From: a virus
Reading direction: 5' to 3' (one strand)
IMG/VR virus record: IMGVR_UViG_3300017717_002521
Location: 1 to 64,000 of that record
Length of the DNA stretch: 64,000 bases
Shown: piece by piece, positions 9,602 through 20,127 of the stretch
Layout: every line of letters starts with the position of its first letter
Position numbering within the stretch: the stretch's first letter is position 1
Notes under the pieces: model-generated
Database searches by the model: none
What the model saw: the letters and a program-made list of their open reading frames with translations, nothing else
Told to the model about the DNA's origin: nothing
Made by a program: the position numbers and the translations under genes

Positions 9602-11317
9602 ATGTCAGTAGTAGTAGATACCAGCAACTGGGAAGCTGGTAAGGATTACCCAGAATGGATGAACGAAGTTTCGATAGCAACTATCTCTAAAGGATATCTG
9701 TTATCTGACGAAACTCCTAAAAAAGCATATAGAAGAGTTGCTGATAGAATAGCACATAGATTAGATCGACCCGATTTAGCGAATAAATTTTTTCGTTATA
9801 TGTGGAAAGGTTGGTTGAACTTAGCCTCGCCTGTACTTTCAAATACAGGAACCGATAGAGGATTGCCCATCTCTTGTTTTGGAATTGATACCCCTGATTC
9901 TATAAGAGGAATCGGCCTTACTAACGCAGAGTTAATGAGGCTGACTTCCCTCGGTGGTGGAGTAGGTGTAGGGTTATCTAAAGTTAGAGGTAGAGGTAAT
10001 AAAATAGGTAAAGATGATATGGGTCAATCTGAAGGTATAGTACCTTGGGCTAAGATATACGACTCAACTATAATTGCTACTAATCAAGGAGCAGTAAGAA
10101 GAGGAGCAGCATCTGTAAACCTAGACATTAATCACCCAGATATCCATGAATTCCTAGAAATAAGACGCCCTAAAGGAGATCCTAATAGACAGTGTCTTAA
10201 CCTTCATCAATGCGTTGTAGTGGATGATATCTTTATGCAAAAACTAGAGCATAGAGACGCTGAGGCAATGGAATTATGGGTAAAAATTTTAAAATCTAGA
10301 GTAGAAACAGGAGAACCTTACGTTATGTATAAGGATAATGTTAATAATGCTAATCCTCCTGCATATAAAAAGAACAATCTAGAAGTTTCGATGACGAATA
10401 TATGTTCGGAAATAACTCTTCATACAGATGAAGAGCATAGTTTTATTTGTTGTTTATCAAGTGTTAATTTAACTAAATGGGATGAATGGAAAAACACGGA
10501 TCTTGTCGAAACCGCCATATACTTTTTAGACGGTGTATTAGAAGAATTTTTATCAAAAACTTCTGGAAGGGATTCACTAATAAGAGCTCACAGATCCGCT
10601 AAAAAAGGTAGAGCTATTGGTTTAGGAGTACTTGGATGGCATACTTTTTTACAGAATGAAAGAATACCTTTTAATTCTATAAGAGCTACATCGTTAACTC
10701 ATCAAATTTTTTCTCAAATTCGTACTCAAGCAGAAAATGCTTCAAGACAGCTTGCTGATGAATATGGAGAACCAGTATGGTGTAAAGGAACCGGTATGAG
10801 AAATACACATTTACTTGCAATAGCTCCTACAGTTTCTAATTCTACGATATCAGGAGGAGTATCCGCAGGTATCGAACCAGTACCAGCTAATGTTTATACA
10901 TTTAATTCAGCAAAAGGTACTTTTATTAGAAAAAATCCTGCATTAGTTGATTATCTTGAAGAAAAAGGTGCTAATACTGAAGAAGTATGGGATGAAATAA
11001 TGAGAGATAGAGGTTCTATAGCTAATTTACCTGAAGATGTAATGCCTGCTGAAGATAAACCAATATTTTTAACGTTTGCAGAAATAAATCAATTACAATT
11101 AGTCGAACAAGCAGCAGCGAGACAAAAATACATAGATCAAACTCAATCTTTAAATTTAGCTTTTGACCCCACCGACAGTCCAAAGTTTATAAACGAAGTT
11201 CACCAAACTGCTTGGAGATTAGGAATAAAAACCTTATATTATTTAAGGACCGACTCTGTCATCAATGGAGATATAGGTAGTAGAACATCTACCGATTGTC
11301 TTTCTTGTGATGGATAA
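9602..11317 (+). CDS. nrdA: Ribonucleotide reductase class I alpha subunit (compact, no ATP cone)
   Basis: PISCF, TNICSEI, CCLSS, APTVS, KTLYYLR, C-terminal CLSCDG. Confidence 0.95.
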   Translation: MSVVVDTSNWEAGKDYPEWMNEVSIATISKGYLLSDETPKKAYRRVADRIAHRLDRPDLANKFFRYMWKGWLNLASPVLSNTGTDRGLPISCFGIDTPDSIRGIGLTNAELMRLTSLGGGVGVGLSKVRGRGNKIGKDDMGQSEGIVPWAKIYDSTIIATNQGAVRRGAASVNLDINHPDIHEFLEIRRPKGDPNRQCLNLHQCVVVDDIFMQKLEHRDAEAMELWVKILKSRVETGEPYVMYKDNVNNANPPAYKKNNLEVSMTNICSEITLHTDEEHSFICCLSSVNLTKWDEWKNTDLVETAIYFLDGVLEEFLSKTSGRDSLIRAHRSAKKGRAIGLGVLGWHTFLQNERIPFNSIRATSLTHQIFSQIRTQAENASRQLADEYGEPVWCKGTGMRNTHLLAIAPTVSNSTISGGVSAGIEPVPANVYTFNSAKGTFIRKNPALVDYLEEKGANTEEVWDEIMRDRGSIANLPEDVMPAEDKPIFLTFAEINQLQLVEQAAARQKYIDQTQSLNLAFDPTDSPKFINEVHQTAWRLGIKTLYYLRTDSVINGDIGSRTSTDCLSCDG

Positions 11318-11331
11318 AATTAATTTTAGTT

Positions 11332-12609
11332 ATGGCAAAAAGAGATACAATTTTTATCTCTATAGCAAGTTATAGAGACAAAGAACTACTACCAACTATT
11401 GAAGACTGTTTAGAGCAGGCTGAATACCCCGATAGATTAAGATTTGGAATATGCTGGCAGCATAGTAAAGAAGATCTGTGGGACAATTTAGATTTATATA
11501 AAAATGATAAAAGATTTCATATAGTTGATGTAGACTATAAAGACTCTAAAGGAGCATGCTGGGCTAGACATCAGATTCAAAAGTTTTATGATGACGAAAC
11601 TTACTCTTTACAGCTAGATTCTCATCATAGATTTATTGAGAAATGGGATGAGGAATGTATTAAGATGTACAAACTTGCAATTAAACAAGGATACCCTAAA
11701 CCTTTACTAACTACTTATTTAGGTTCTTATTTTCCAGATAAAGATCCAAAGGATAGAGAAAAAAATGTATGGTACTTATGTTTTGATAGAATAGCTCCAG
11801 AAGGACCTCTTCATACTAAACCACATACATTAAATGAATGGGAAACATTAGAAGGACCTATACCTCATAGATTTTTCTCAGGTCATTTTGCTTTTACTGA
11901 CGGTAAGTTTCAAGAAACCGTCTTATATGATCCAGCTCTTTATTTCCATGGTGAAGAAATTACTATGGCGGTAAGAGCTTATACTCATGGTTATGATTTA
12001 CTTTGCCCCCATAAACCTCTAGCCTATCATTATTATGAAAGAAATGACGGAGTTAAGCATTGGTCTGATCACGATTTTGATTTGCGAGATAAAGTCTCAT
12101 TTTCTAGAGTAAGAACTTTACTAGGAGTAGGAAAACCTAAATGTAGGCCGTGTGTATTGAAGCAATTAGAACCATATGCTTTAGGAAAAGAAAGAACTAT
12201 AGTGGACTATGAACAATATGCAGGAATAGATTTTACTACTAAAAGAATACAAAAGCATACTTTAGATCATTTTTATCCTCCTAACCCAACTAACTTTGAG
12301 ACAGTTGATGGATATGGCGATTCGTTTTTACATTACAATAAGTATATAGTGGACGTTCATTCGTCTCATTTTAATGAAGATGATTATGAATTTTGTGTAT
12401 TATCTTTCGAAGGTGAAGAACCTGAAGATGTTATTTTTAGAGAAGACATAAAAGGTAAAAACTTATTAGATTTAATAGAAAATGCAAAAGGAGGTTTTTT
12501 ACAAATTGAAAAAGACTTTTACGGTAGAGAACCATATAAACTAATTGTATGGCCTTACAGTAAAAAAAATGGTTATGTTGAAAGATTTGAACATATTTTT
12601 CCTCGGTAA
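11332..12609 (+). CDS. GT60-like GlcNAc transferase (Skp1-hydroxyproline GlcNAc-T family)
   Basis: TIFISIASYRD, GACWAR, LQLDSHHRF, YDP.LYFHGEE, RAYTHGYD. Confidence 0.8.
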   Translation: MAKRDTIFISIASYRDKELLPTIEDCLEQAEYPDRLRFGICWQHSKEDLWDNLDLYKNDKRFHIVDVDYKDSKGACWARHQIQKFYDDETYSLQLDSHHRFIEKWDEECIKMYKLAIKQGYPKPLLTTYLGSYFPDKDPKDREKNVWYLCFDRIAPEGPLHTKPHTLNEWETLEGPIPHRFFSGHFAFTDGKFQETVLYDPALYFHGEEITMAVRAYTHGYDLLCPHKPLAYHYYERNDGVKHWSDHDFDLRDKVSFSRVRTLLGVGKPKCRPCVLKQLEPYALGKERTIVDYEQYAGIDFTTKRIQKHTLDHFYPPNPTNFETVDGYGDSFLHYNKYIVDVHSSHFNEDDYEFCVLSFEGEEPEDVIFREDIKGKNLLDLIENAKGGFLQIEKDFYGREPYKLIVWPYSKKNGYVERFEHIFPR

Positions 12610-12611
12610 TA

Positions 12612-13886
12612 ATGAGCAAAAATTCTATCATATTTTTACATTTACCAGCATATAGAGAACCTGAGCTTTTACCTACTATAAAAGATGCTCTTTCTCAAGC
12701 TAAATATCCGCAAAGATTACATTTTGGTATCTGCAGGCAGTATGAACCTTCTGACGGATTTGACGATTTAACTGAATATAAAAAGAATCCTAACTTTCAT
12801 ATACATGAAATGCTCGCTAAAGACGCTCAAGGTTTACCTTATGCAAGAGCTATAATAAATGAAAAGTTATTAACTAATCAAGATTACGTACTACAATTAG
12901 ATTCACATCATAGGTTTGTGAAAGATTGGGATGAGACGTTAATTAATATGCATGAAGGGTTAGAAAAGAAAGGCTATAGACCTATACTTACCGGATACTT
13001 ACCAGAATACAAGCCCTTTGAAGAACCTGAAGGAAGAGCAGATTGCCCATGGTTGAGTATACCTAATTGTTTCTATCCTCACGGTACTATTTTTATTCAA
13101 CCTACTAAATTAGAAGGATGGGAAGATTTAACTGAACCTGTACCTTCTCGTTTTATTTGTGGTCATTTTGCTTTTGCTAGAAATAAATGGGCCAAAGAAA
13201 TTAAACATGACCCAGATTTATATTTTTCTGGAGAAGAGATTAATTTAACTGTTCGAAGTTTTACTCACGGATATGATCTATTTCATCCTCATAGATTAGT
13301 TATATGGCATGCTACTATGAGAGAAGAACGGGATGGTATTTTAGTATGGGATGACCAAGCAAAGGCTGGTAATGAAATGTACTGGAAAAAGCAAGATTCT
13401 GGTAGAGCAAAGATAAGACAATTATTTAGAGTAGAAGATAATGGATTTGATTTAACTGGGTATGATTTAGGTAAAGAACGTACATTTAGAGACTATGAGA
13501 TATATGCTGGTTTACATTTTAAAAACAGAGCAATGCAGCAACATACTTTGGATATGAAGTATCCTCCTAATCCTATTATAGGAGAAAATGAAGAAGAGTG
13601 GGAAGAATCTTTTTCGAAATCTCATTATCATTTAGTTAATATAGATCCTAATTTTTTCAGTAAAAAAGATTATGATTTTATATTAGTAGCTTTTGACGAT
13701 AAAAATGGAAAAAGTATCGAAAGTATATTTATAGATGATAGCAGGTTATCAAAGTTTTTAGAAAATGGAACTCCTATTCACTTCGAACAAACCTTTATGA
13801 GCGTAGAGCAACCAACTAGGGTAGTATACTGGGCACATAGCAAGAGTGAAGGATGGGCAGAAAGGCAAGAATTTGAGTATAAATAA
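12612..13886 (+). CDS. GT60-like GlcNAc transferase, tandem paralog
   Basis: PAYREPEL, LQLDSHHRF, DPDLYFSGEE, RSFTHGYD; clearly similar to the upstream ORF. Confidence 0.8.
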   Translation: MSKNSIIFLHLPAYREPELLPTIKDALSQAKYPQRLHFGICRQYEPSDGFDDLTEYKKNPNFHIHEMLAKDAQGLPYARAIINEKLLTNQDYVLQLDSHHRFVKDWDETLINMHEGLEKKGYRPILTGYLPEYKPFEEPEGRADCPWLSIPNCFYPHGTIFIQPTKLEGWEDLTEPVPSRFICGHFAFARNKWAKEIKHDPDLYFSGEEINLTVRSFTHGYDLFHPHRLVIWHATMREERDGILVWDDQAKAGNEMYWKKQDSGRAKIRQLFRVEDNGFDLTGYDLGKERTFRDYEIYAGLHFKNRAMQQHTLDMKYPPNPIIGENEEEWEESFSKSHYHLVNIDPNFFSKKDYDFILVAFDDKNGKSIESIFIDDSRLSKFLENGTPIHFEQTFMSVEQPTRVVYWAHSKSEGWAERQEFEYK

Positions 13887-14827
13887 TGAAGTATATACTC
13901 TACCATAATCATAATGCAACTATGTTTCAGTCTACTGTTTTGGATAGAGTGGCTAATACTATTATAGAGAAGTATCCGGAACATGAATTCGAGATTATTG
14001 ATCCTCATCCTAAATATGAGAAGTTATACCCAAATTGCGGACCAGGATGTAAATACAGCAATCATCATTATCTTTATATACTTAACCCAGATACAGGTAA
14101 ATACTTTCTATTTTCTTTTTGGGATAGGTTAGAAGATATAGTTAATATCGACCCTACTGTTACTGGTTGGGATACTGAGAATATAGTTGAAATATTTACC
14201 TCATGTGGAGTAACTGATTTATTTTGTCACCAATTAATTCCATCCTTAGACGAAGCATACACTCCCTGGTGTTATACTTATAATAATCCTCGATTACATG
14301 AAAGTTTAGATACATATAAAAGTATGGCTAAAAAATTTATTCCCAGTAAACCTTCTTTTAATGGTTCAGTCTATTCCTTTAGAGAATACCTTACTAAAGA
14401 CAGTAGATTTAATGTAAGTTCAGATATTCTCGAAGAAGAAAAATATTATACTTGGTTAGCTTCTAATAAAATAAATTTTAATATAAATGGCGCTGGAGAG
14501 GTATGTCATAGAGATATGGAAATACTAGCTGTAAAATCAGCTCTTTTTAGAGAAAAACTTAATAGTAAATTCCATAACAACTTGATACCTGATTACCATT
14601 ACATAAGCGTAGACTGTAGTGATTTAAAGCGTACTGAGCAATACGAGGGTTTATATAAAGCCAAAGCTGATAGAATTTTAGATAGATATAATGAAGTTAT
14701 AAAAGATCCTGAATATTTAGAGTTTGTTGCTGATAATGGACACCAATGGTGGTTGGATAACAGTAAGATAGATAGTATAGCTAATATTTCAAAAAAATTA
14801 ATTAATATAGATAAGTTAGATGAATGA
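13886..14827 (+). CDS. Putative glycosyltransferase (GT-B-like C-terminus)
   Basis: INGAGEVCHRDMEILA, LIPDYHYISV, VADNGHQWW; glycosylation-cluster context. Confidence 0.5.
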   Translation: MKYILYHNHNATMFQSTVLDRVANTIIEKYPEHEFEIIDPHPKYEKLYPNCGPGCKYSNHHYLYILNPDTGKYFLFSFWDRLEDIVNIDPTVTGWDTENIVEIFTSCGVTDLFCHQLIPSLDEAYTPWCYTYNNPRLHESLDTYKSMAKKFIPSKPSFNGSVYSFREYLTKDSRFNVSSDILEEEKYYTWLASNKINFNINGAGEVCHRDMEILAVKSALFREKLNSKFHNNLIPDYHYISVDCSDLKRTEQYEGLYKAKADRILDRYNEVIKDPEYLEFVADNGHQWWLDNSKIDSIANISKKLINIDKLDE

Positions 14828-16523
14828 TTTTTATATTCTCGGTATTAATGGTTCCCATAATGGCGGTATTACAGTTGCCAAAAACGATAAGGTAGTTTTA
14901 ACATTAGAGTTTGAACGTTTATTTAATGAAAAAAATGTAGGGTTAGCCCAATATAAAACAATCAAAGGCTCAGATATAGTCTTTATGATGAAGTATATTT
15001 CTAAATATATTTTAAATTATTTTGGAATTAAAAAATTTAATAAGATAGTAGCATTAAATACAGGAGTAAATTTTGGTCAAGGACAAGACCAAGAAACTTA
15101 TATAGCTGAGAATTATATACCAGCCGACGAGTATATTTACGGTCATCACCATGCTGCTCATGCATTTAATGTTCTTTATACTTCTCCTCATGATAAGGCG
15201 TTGATAGTCTCATTTGATGGAGGGGGAAACGATGGATTTTTTAATGTATATTTAGGAGATAAGAAAAATAAAATAAGTGATAAGTACGATCATATAGACT
15301 TATTAGAAACAGTTAAACATCCAAATGCCGGGAGTCCTCATGTATTTTTAGACTTAGGTTTACCTTATGCATCTTTCGGAGAAGTTTTACAAGATATAAG
15401 AAGAGAAGGAGACTTATCTAACGGTATACTTGTATACCCAGGTAAAATTATGGGATTAGCTTCGTATGGTGAAGTTAGAAAAGAATGGTTAGATAGATTT
15501 ATTCAGTACTATATTGGTAATGTACATCAAGGTAATAGTTATGTAGATCACATGAAAAATTTATTTGATGATTTAAAAATAGAACATAACGATACCCTTT
15601 TTCACAACCGATATGAAGAAGATAGACTTTCAGGCAAAGTAGCATACGATATTGCTGCTACTTCTCAAAAAGCATTTGAAGAAGCATTTTTAGTATTTGC
15701 TAAACCTTGGATGGAACGTTATAATGATATACCTATGTGTCTAGCGGGAGGATGTGGATTAAATATTATACTCAACACTAGACTTAAAGAAGAATTTGGT
15801 AGAGAAGTATTTGTAGGACCTGCTCCTAGTGATTGCGGAATTAGTACAGGACTATGCTTACAAGAGTTAAAACCTAAAATACCTGCTGATATTACTTATG
15901 CTGGATTACCTTTATTAGACCCTAATTCTGTTTTTGAACATATTAACGACCACTGGTGGTTTACAAGTCACGATGTAGATGAAGGTGATATAGTAGATAG
16001 TTTAGCAAAAGGAGAAATTATTGGACTTATAAAAGGCAACTCTGAACATGGACCTAGAGCTTTAGGAAATAGAAGTATATTATGTAATCCTTCTATTAAG
16101 AAAATGAAAGATATACTCAATGAAAAAGTTAAAAATAGAGAGTTTTATAGGCCTTTTGCCCCTGTTGTAAGATTAGAAGATGTTTCAGAGTATTTTGAAT
16201 TTGAAGGAGAGTCAAGATGGATGACTTTTTGTCCTAAGGTAAGAACAGAATGGAGAGAAAAATTAGCAGCTATTACCCACGTTGATGGTACTGCTAGAAT
16301 TCAAACTATTACTAGAGAGCAAAATACTTTCTTATACGATTTAATTTCTAAATTTAAAGATAAAACAGGCATTGGAGTTTTATTAAATACTTCATTTAAT
16401 ATAGCTGGTAAACCTATTACTAATACTGTTAAAGACGCAATGACTTTATTTAGAGATACAGAACTAGATAAACTGATAATTAACGACATATACTTTAAAA
16501 AATGCCAAAAAACGTTACTATAG
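14820..16523 (+). CDS. Carbamoyltransferase (NodU/CmcH/TobZ family)
   Basis: EFER, HHHAAHA, DGGG, GKIMGLASYG, AGGCGLN, GPRALGNRSIL, RPFAP, LLNTSFN. Confidence 0.92.
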   Translation: MNDFYILGINGSHNGGITVAKNDKVVLTLEFERLFNEKNVGLAQYKTIKGSDIVFMMKYISKYILNYFGIKKFNKIVALNTGVNFGQGQDQETYIAENYIPADEYIYGHHHAAHAFNVLYTSPHDKALIVSFDGGGNDGFFNVYLGDKKNKISDKYDHIDLLETVKHPNAGSPHVFLDLGLPYASFGEVLQDIRREGDLSNGILVYPGKIMGLASYGEVRKEWLDRFIQYYIGNVHQGNSYVDHMKNLFDDLKIEHNDTLFHNRYEEDRLSGKVAYDIAATSQKAFEEAFLVFAKPWMERYNDIPMCLAGGCGLNIILNTRLKEEFGREVFVGPAPSDCGISTGLCLQELKPKIPADITYAGLPLLDPNSVFEHINDHWWFTSHDVDEGDIVDSLAKGEIIGLIKGNSEHGPRALGNRSILCNPSIKKMKDILNEKVKNREFYRPFAPVVRLEDVSEYFEFEGESRWMTFCPKVRTEWREKLAAITHVDGTARIQTITREQNTFLYDLISKFKDKTGIGVLLNTSFNIAGKPITNTVKDAMTLFRDTELDKLIINDIYFKKCQKTLL

Positions 16524-18211
16524 TATCAGGGTTATGGAATATAGGTAGAGACGAAAGAAATTTCGAAAGCCATTATTTATCTAAATTCGAAGAGTTTTTA
16601 CAGATAGATGCTAATATGATACTTTTCTTACCTAAAGAATTAGAAGAGTTTGTGTGGAAGCATAGAAAACCTGAAAATACTTTTATAAAAATTACTGAGT
16701 TAGAAGATTTAAAAACTAATTTATATGCTCCTCATTGGGATAAGACACAAGGTATAAGAACTAGCAAAGAATGGTTAAACATAACTGGAGAAGGAGGATG
16801 GTTAACTACAAGCCCACAAGCTACTTTAGAATACTATAACCCAGTAGTAATGTCTAAAATGTTTATGCTTCATGATGCTAGTCTTTACAATAATTTTAAT
16901 ACCGAGTATTTTTATTGGTTAGATGCAGGAATAACTAATACTGTTCCAAAAACTCATTTAGTCGAAAATAAAGTTTTAGATAAAGTAGCAGACTATACTG
17001 ATAATTTTTTATTTTTATCGTGGCCCTATCTTAATGGAGATGAAATTCACGGATTTAAATGGAATGATATCAACCGATTTGCAGGTGCAGAAGTAGACAT
17101 TGTATGTAGAGGAGGGTTTTTTGGAGGACATAAAGAAGCAATAAGTGAAGCAAATTCAACTTATTATTCTTACTTGAGTGATAGCTTGAGTGAAGGTCTA
17201 ATGGGTACTGAAGAAAGTATTTTTGCTATAATGGCCGTTTCTGAACCAGCAAGATATAGGAGATATCAACTAGATGATAATGGATTAATTTTAAAATTTA
17301 CTCAAGCAATTTTAGATGATAATGTAAAATTAGTTCCTATAGAAAGTAACGTTAAACCTGAAATAATAATTAGTCAAAAACAACTTGACAGCATAAAAAC
17401 TAATTTATATATACTTACTTTTAATTTTCCAGAACAACTCCTTCATACTATTGAATCAATGAAAAAAACTCCTGAATGGTTAGAAAAACCTTTCAAGGTA
17501 TTATTAGACAATTCTATTGATAAAAATGCTCAAGAAGAAAATAAAAAAATTGCTGATGAATATAATTTCGAGTATATCTGGTTAGAAGGTAATAAAGGAA
17601 TATGTGGAGGAAGACAAGCAGCAGCTGAACACTTCGATAAATCAGATGCCGATTATTATTTTTTCTTTGAAGATGATATGACTTCTAACCCTCCTGAATT
17701 AGAAGGAAAATTCTGTAGAAATGGTTTAAGAAAATATATTCCTAATTTGTATACTTTACTACATAAAATAATGCTTACTGATAATTTAGATTTTTTAAAA
17801 CTATCTTTTACAGAAGTATACTGGGATAATGATATTCAGACTAGTTGGTATAACGTACCTCAAGGTGTAAGAAATAAATTTTTTCCTGGTAATACTCAAT
17901 TACCAAAAGGAGGAAAATCTAATAACGCTCCTAGAACTATTTTTAACAATATAAAAAATATAGATGGGTTAACTTATATAGATGGTGAAGTAACTTATAC
18001 TAATTGGCCTATGATTATGTCAAAAGAAGGTAATAAAAAAGTTTTTTTAGAAATAAAATGGCAACATCCTTATGAACAGACTTGGATGTCTCATGTATTT
18101 CAGAAACAAAAAGAAGATTATATTAAAGCAGGAGTACTATTAGCTTCACCTATTTGGCATGATAGAATAAAGTACTATAAACCTGAAGAAAGAAGAGAAA
18201 ATGCAGGTTAA
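16502..18211 (+). CDS. HtrL/WlaTC-like glycosyltransferase fused to a GT2-like domain
   Basis: TIVSGLWNIGR, WLDAG, GGFFGG, GTEE in the N-half; FFEDD in the C-half. Confidence 0.65.
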   Translation: MPKNVTIVSGLWNIGRDERNFESHYLSKFEEFLQIDANMILFLPKELEEFVWKHRKPENTFIKITELEDLKTNLYAPHWDKTQGIRTSKEWLNITGEGGWLTTSPQATLEYYNPVVMSKMFMLHDASLYNNFNTEYFYWLDAGITNTVPKTHLVENKVLDKVADYTDNFLFLSWPYLNGDEIHGFKWNDINRFAGAEVDIVCRGGFFGGHKEAISEANSTYYSYLSDSLSEGLMGTEESIFAIMAVSEPARYRRYQLDDNGLILKFTQAILDDNVKLVPIESNVKPEIIISQKQLDSIKTNLYILTFNFPEQLLHTIESMKKTPEWLEKPFKVLLDNSIDKNAQEENKKIADEYNFEYIWLEGNKGICGGRQAAAEHFDKSDADYYFFFEDDMTSNPPELEGKFCRNGLRKYIPNLYTLLHKIMLTDNLDFLKLSFTEVYWDNDIQTSWYNVPQGVRNKFFPGNTQLPKGGKSNNAPRTIFNNIKNIDGLTYIDGEVTYTNWPMIMSKEGNKKVFLEIKWQHPYEQTWMSHVFQKQKEDYIKAGVLLASPIWHDRIKYYKPEERRENAG

Positions 18212-18213
18212 AA

Positions 18214-18246
18214 AGTTGGGATTTAGCGGTACTTTTCTTATATTAT
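18214..18246 (+). promoter_or_regulatory. -33/-7 promoter (AGTTGG-N19-TATATTAT)
   Basis: Recurrent motif. Confidence 0.7.
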
Positions 18247-18263
18247 AGTATAATAATAAACAT

Positions 18264-18422
18264 ATGTCAAAATCTTCTACTAAACAAAAAGTAATACAAT
18301 TAAAAGAGTGGTTAAAAGCTATGAAATTCGGAGGCAACGATTCTAAAAAACCACGCAAATTTTCAAAAGCGGATCATTATAAAAAAGCAAACAATAGATA
18401 TGGCGGCAAAAAAGATAATTAA
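18264..18422 (+). CDS. Small basic hypothetical protein (52 aa; not in ORF track)
   Basis: ATG just after a promoter; MSKSSTKQKVIQLKEWLK...GGKKDN; overlaps the thioredoxin start. Confidence 0.55.
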   Translation: MSKSSTKQKVIQLKEWLKAMKFGGNDSKKPRKFSKADHYKKANNRYGGKKDN

Positions 18423-18666
18423 ATTTTATGCTTCATGGTGTGGGCCATGCAAAGTTTATAGCAAAACGTGGGATAAAACTATCCCTAGCTATTCAGATCA
18501 AGTAGATTTTTTAGATATTGATATAGATAAAGATACTTCTGGATTAGCTAATAAATATAAAGTAGATACTGTACCAACTACTATTCTTATAAGAGAAGAC
18601 GGTTCTAGTAAAGCGCTAGAAGGAAGATTAAACCAAACAGAATTAACTGAACTAATACTATCATAA
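18400..18666 (+). CDS. trxA: Thioredoxin
   Basis: FYASWCGPCK active site and VPT cis-Pro motif. Confidence 0.92.
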   Translation: MAAKKIIKFYASWCGPCKVYSKTWDKTIPSYSDQVDFLDIDIDKDTSGLANKYKVDTVPTTILIREDGSSKALEGRLNQTELTELILS

Positions 18667-18962
18667 TGTTAAGAAATCCTAATTCAATACCTGCAACTGA
18701 TACTATAATAGAAGATCCTGTTATGGAACCTTTTTTTATTACCCGTTCTCCTAATAATGGATATACAGTATATGAAAGAGTAATCAAAGGAGAAAAAGAT
18801 ACTGAATATATTAAAAATATAAGCTACCCTTCAAACTTTGGTAACGCATTAAGAACTATAGCTAGAGAAAAACTAAACGTAGAAGGTAAAACTTACGATT
18901 TAAAAAGTTATGTTGATCGTTGGGAATCTGTAAAAGAATCCTTAACTTCAATATTAGAATAG
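18666..18962 (+). CDS. Hypothetical protein
   Basis: 98-aa ORF coupled to trxA. Confidence 0.55.
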   Translation: MLRNPNSIPATDTIIEDPVMEPFFITRSPNNGYTVYERVIKGEKDTEYIKNISYPSNFGNALRTIAREKLNVEGKTYDLKSYVDRWESVKESLTSILE

Positions 18963-18992
18963 CGTTAGCCTATACGCTCAATAATACCTGGC
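18961..18992 (+). promoter_or_regulatory. Structured leader of queC (hairpin, possible H-type pseudoknot)
   Basis: AGCGT/ACGCT stem with loop TAGCCTAT; loop GCC complementary to downstream GGC; follows a promoter-like motif at 18918-18950. Confidence 0.35.
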
Positions 18993-19013
18993 AAAATTTA
19001 ATTATTATATAAA

Positions 19014-19805
19014 ATGGCGAAAAATGTCGTAGTTAGTCTTTCAGGAGGGATGGACTCCTCAACTCTATTACTTAGATGTTTATCTGAGTATGATAATGTA
19101 ACTGCTTTATCTTTTGATTATGGTCAGAAGCATAGAGTAGAGCTCGAAAGAGCTCAATCATTAGTAGATTATTTAAATGCTAATGGTCAGAATATTAAAT
19201 ATCAAGTTATTAAACTTGACGGATTAGTTAATCTTCTTAACTCAGCATTAGTAACTGGAGGAGATGATGTACCGGAAGGTCATTATGAAGAAGATAATAT
19301 GAAAGCTACTGTAGTACCCAATAGAAATAAAATATTTGCTTCTATAGTTCAAGCAGTTGCTTTGTCTGAAGCTAATGCAAATGGTTTAGAGACTGATATT
19401 GCTCTAGGTATACATGCAGGAGATCATGCAATATATCCAGACTGTAGACAGGAGTTTAGAGATGCTGATGATTATGCCTTTAGATTAGGTAACTGGGATG
19501 CAGATAAAGTAAATTATGCTACTCCTTACTTAGATACTGATAAACTTGGAATTTTAAAAGATGGACAAAGATTGGTTAACGAGCTCGGAATTGAGTTTGA
19601 TGAAGTTTACAAACGTACTAATACTTCTTACAAGCCCTATCCTAGCGGTAATAGCGACTATAAATCAGCATCATCTGTTGAAAGGATTGAAGCATTCATC
19701 AACTTGGGTGTGGATGACCCTGTACAATATGAGGATGAAACTGGAGAAGTTGAATATAGTGTTGCGAAAGCACATGTCGAAAAACTATTAGCACAATATG
19801 CGTAA
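19014..19805 (+). CDS. queC: 7-cyano-7-deazaguanine (preQ0) synthase
   Basis: SLSGGMDS, FDYGQKH, TVVPNRN, YPDCR. Confidence 0.95.
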   Translation: MAKNVVVSLSGGMDSSTLLLRCLSEYDNVTALSFDYGQKHRVELERAQSLVDYLNANGQNIKYQVIKLDGLVNLLNSALVTGGDDVPEGHYEEDNMKATVVPNRNKIFASIVQAVALSEANANGLETDIALGIHAGDHAIYPDCRQEFRDADDYAFRLGNWDADKVNYATPYLDTDKLGILKDGQRLVNELGIEFDEVYKRTNTSYKPYPSGNSDYKSASSVERIEAFINLGVDDPVQYEDETGEVEYSVAKAHVEKLLAQYA

Positions 19806-20127
19806 GTTTTTACTTTTTATATCATTAGTAGTATCTTCTCTTACCTTCGGGCAAGAGGAGGTACCCTATGATGCACTAGGTGCATGGTATAACTTAGATG
19901 GGGAAGTATTGGTAATTAGTAGAAAGGCTGAGAAAGTAGTATTTGTAAGAAAAAGTGCAACTAAAGTATTAGCCACTGGTGAAATTACAATGGATAACGG
20001 AGATATGCATATTAATAGATATGATACTGAAGATGCATATAGATTAGGTTTATTTATTGGTAACGAAACGATGGTTATTAATAAACCAAACTCAGTTAGA
20101 GCATGGCTTTGGACTAGAATACAGTGA
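19798..20127 (+). CDS. Exported hypothetical protein
   Basis: Signal peptide MRKFLLFISLVVSSLTFGQ. Confidence 0.55.
   Translation: MRKFLLFISLVVSSLTFGQEEVPYDALGAWYNLDGEVLVISRKAEKVVFVRKSATKVLATGEITMDNGDMHINRYDTEDAYRLGLFIGNETMVINKPNSVRAWLWTRIQ

Noticed and set aside
9602-11317. Intein or intron in nrdA (also considered for polA, helicase, thyA and recA)
   Set aside because: ORFs are continuous, of normal or compact length, and lack splicing motifs
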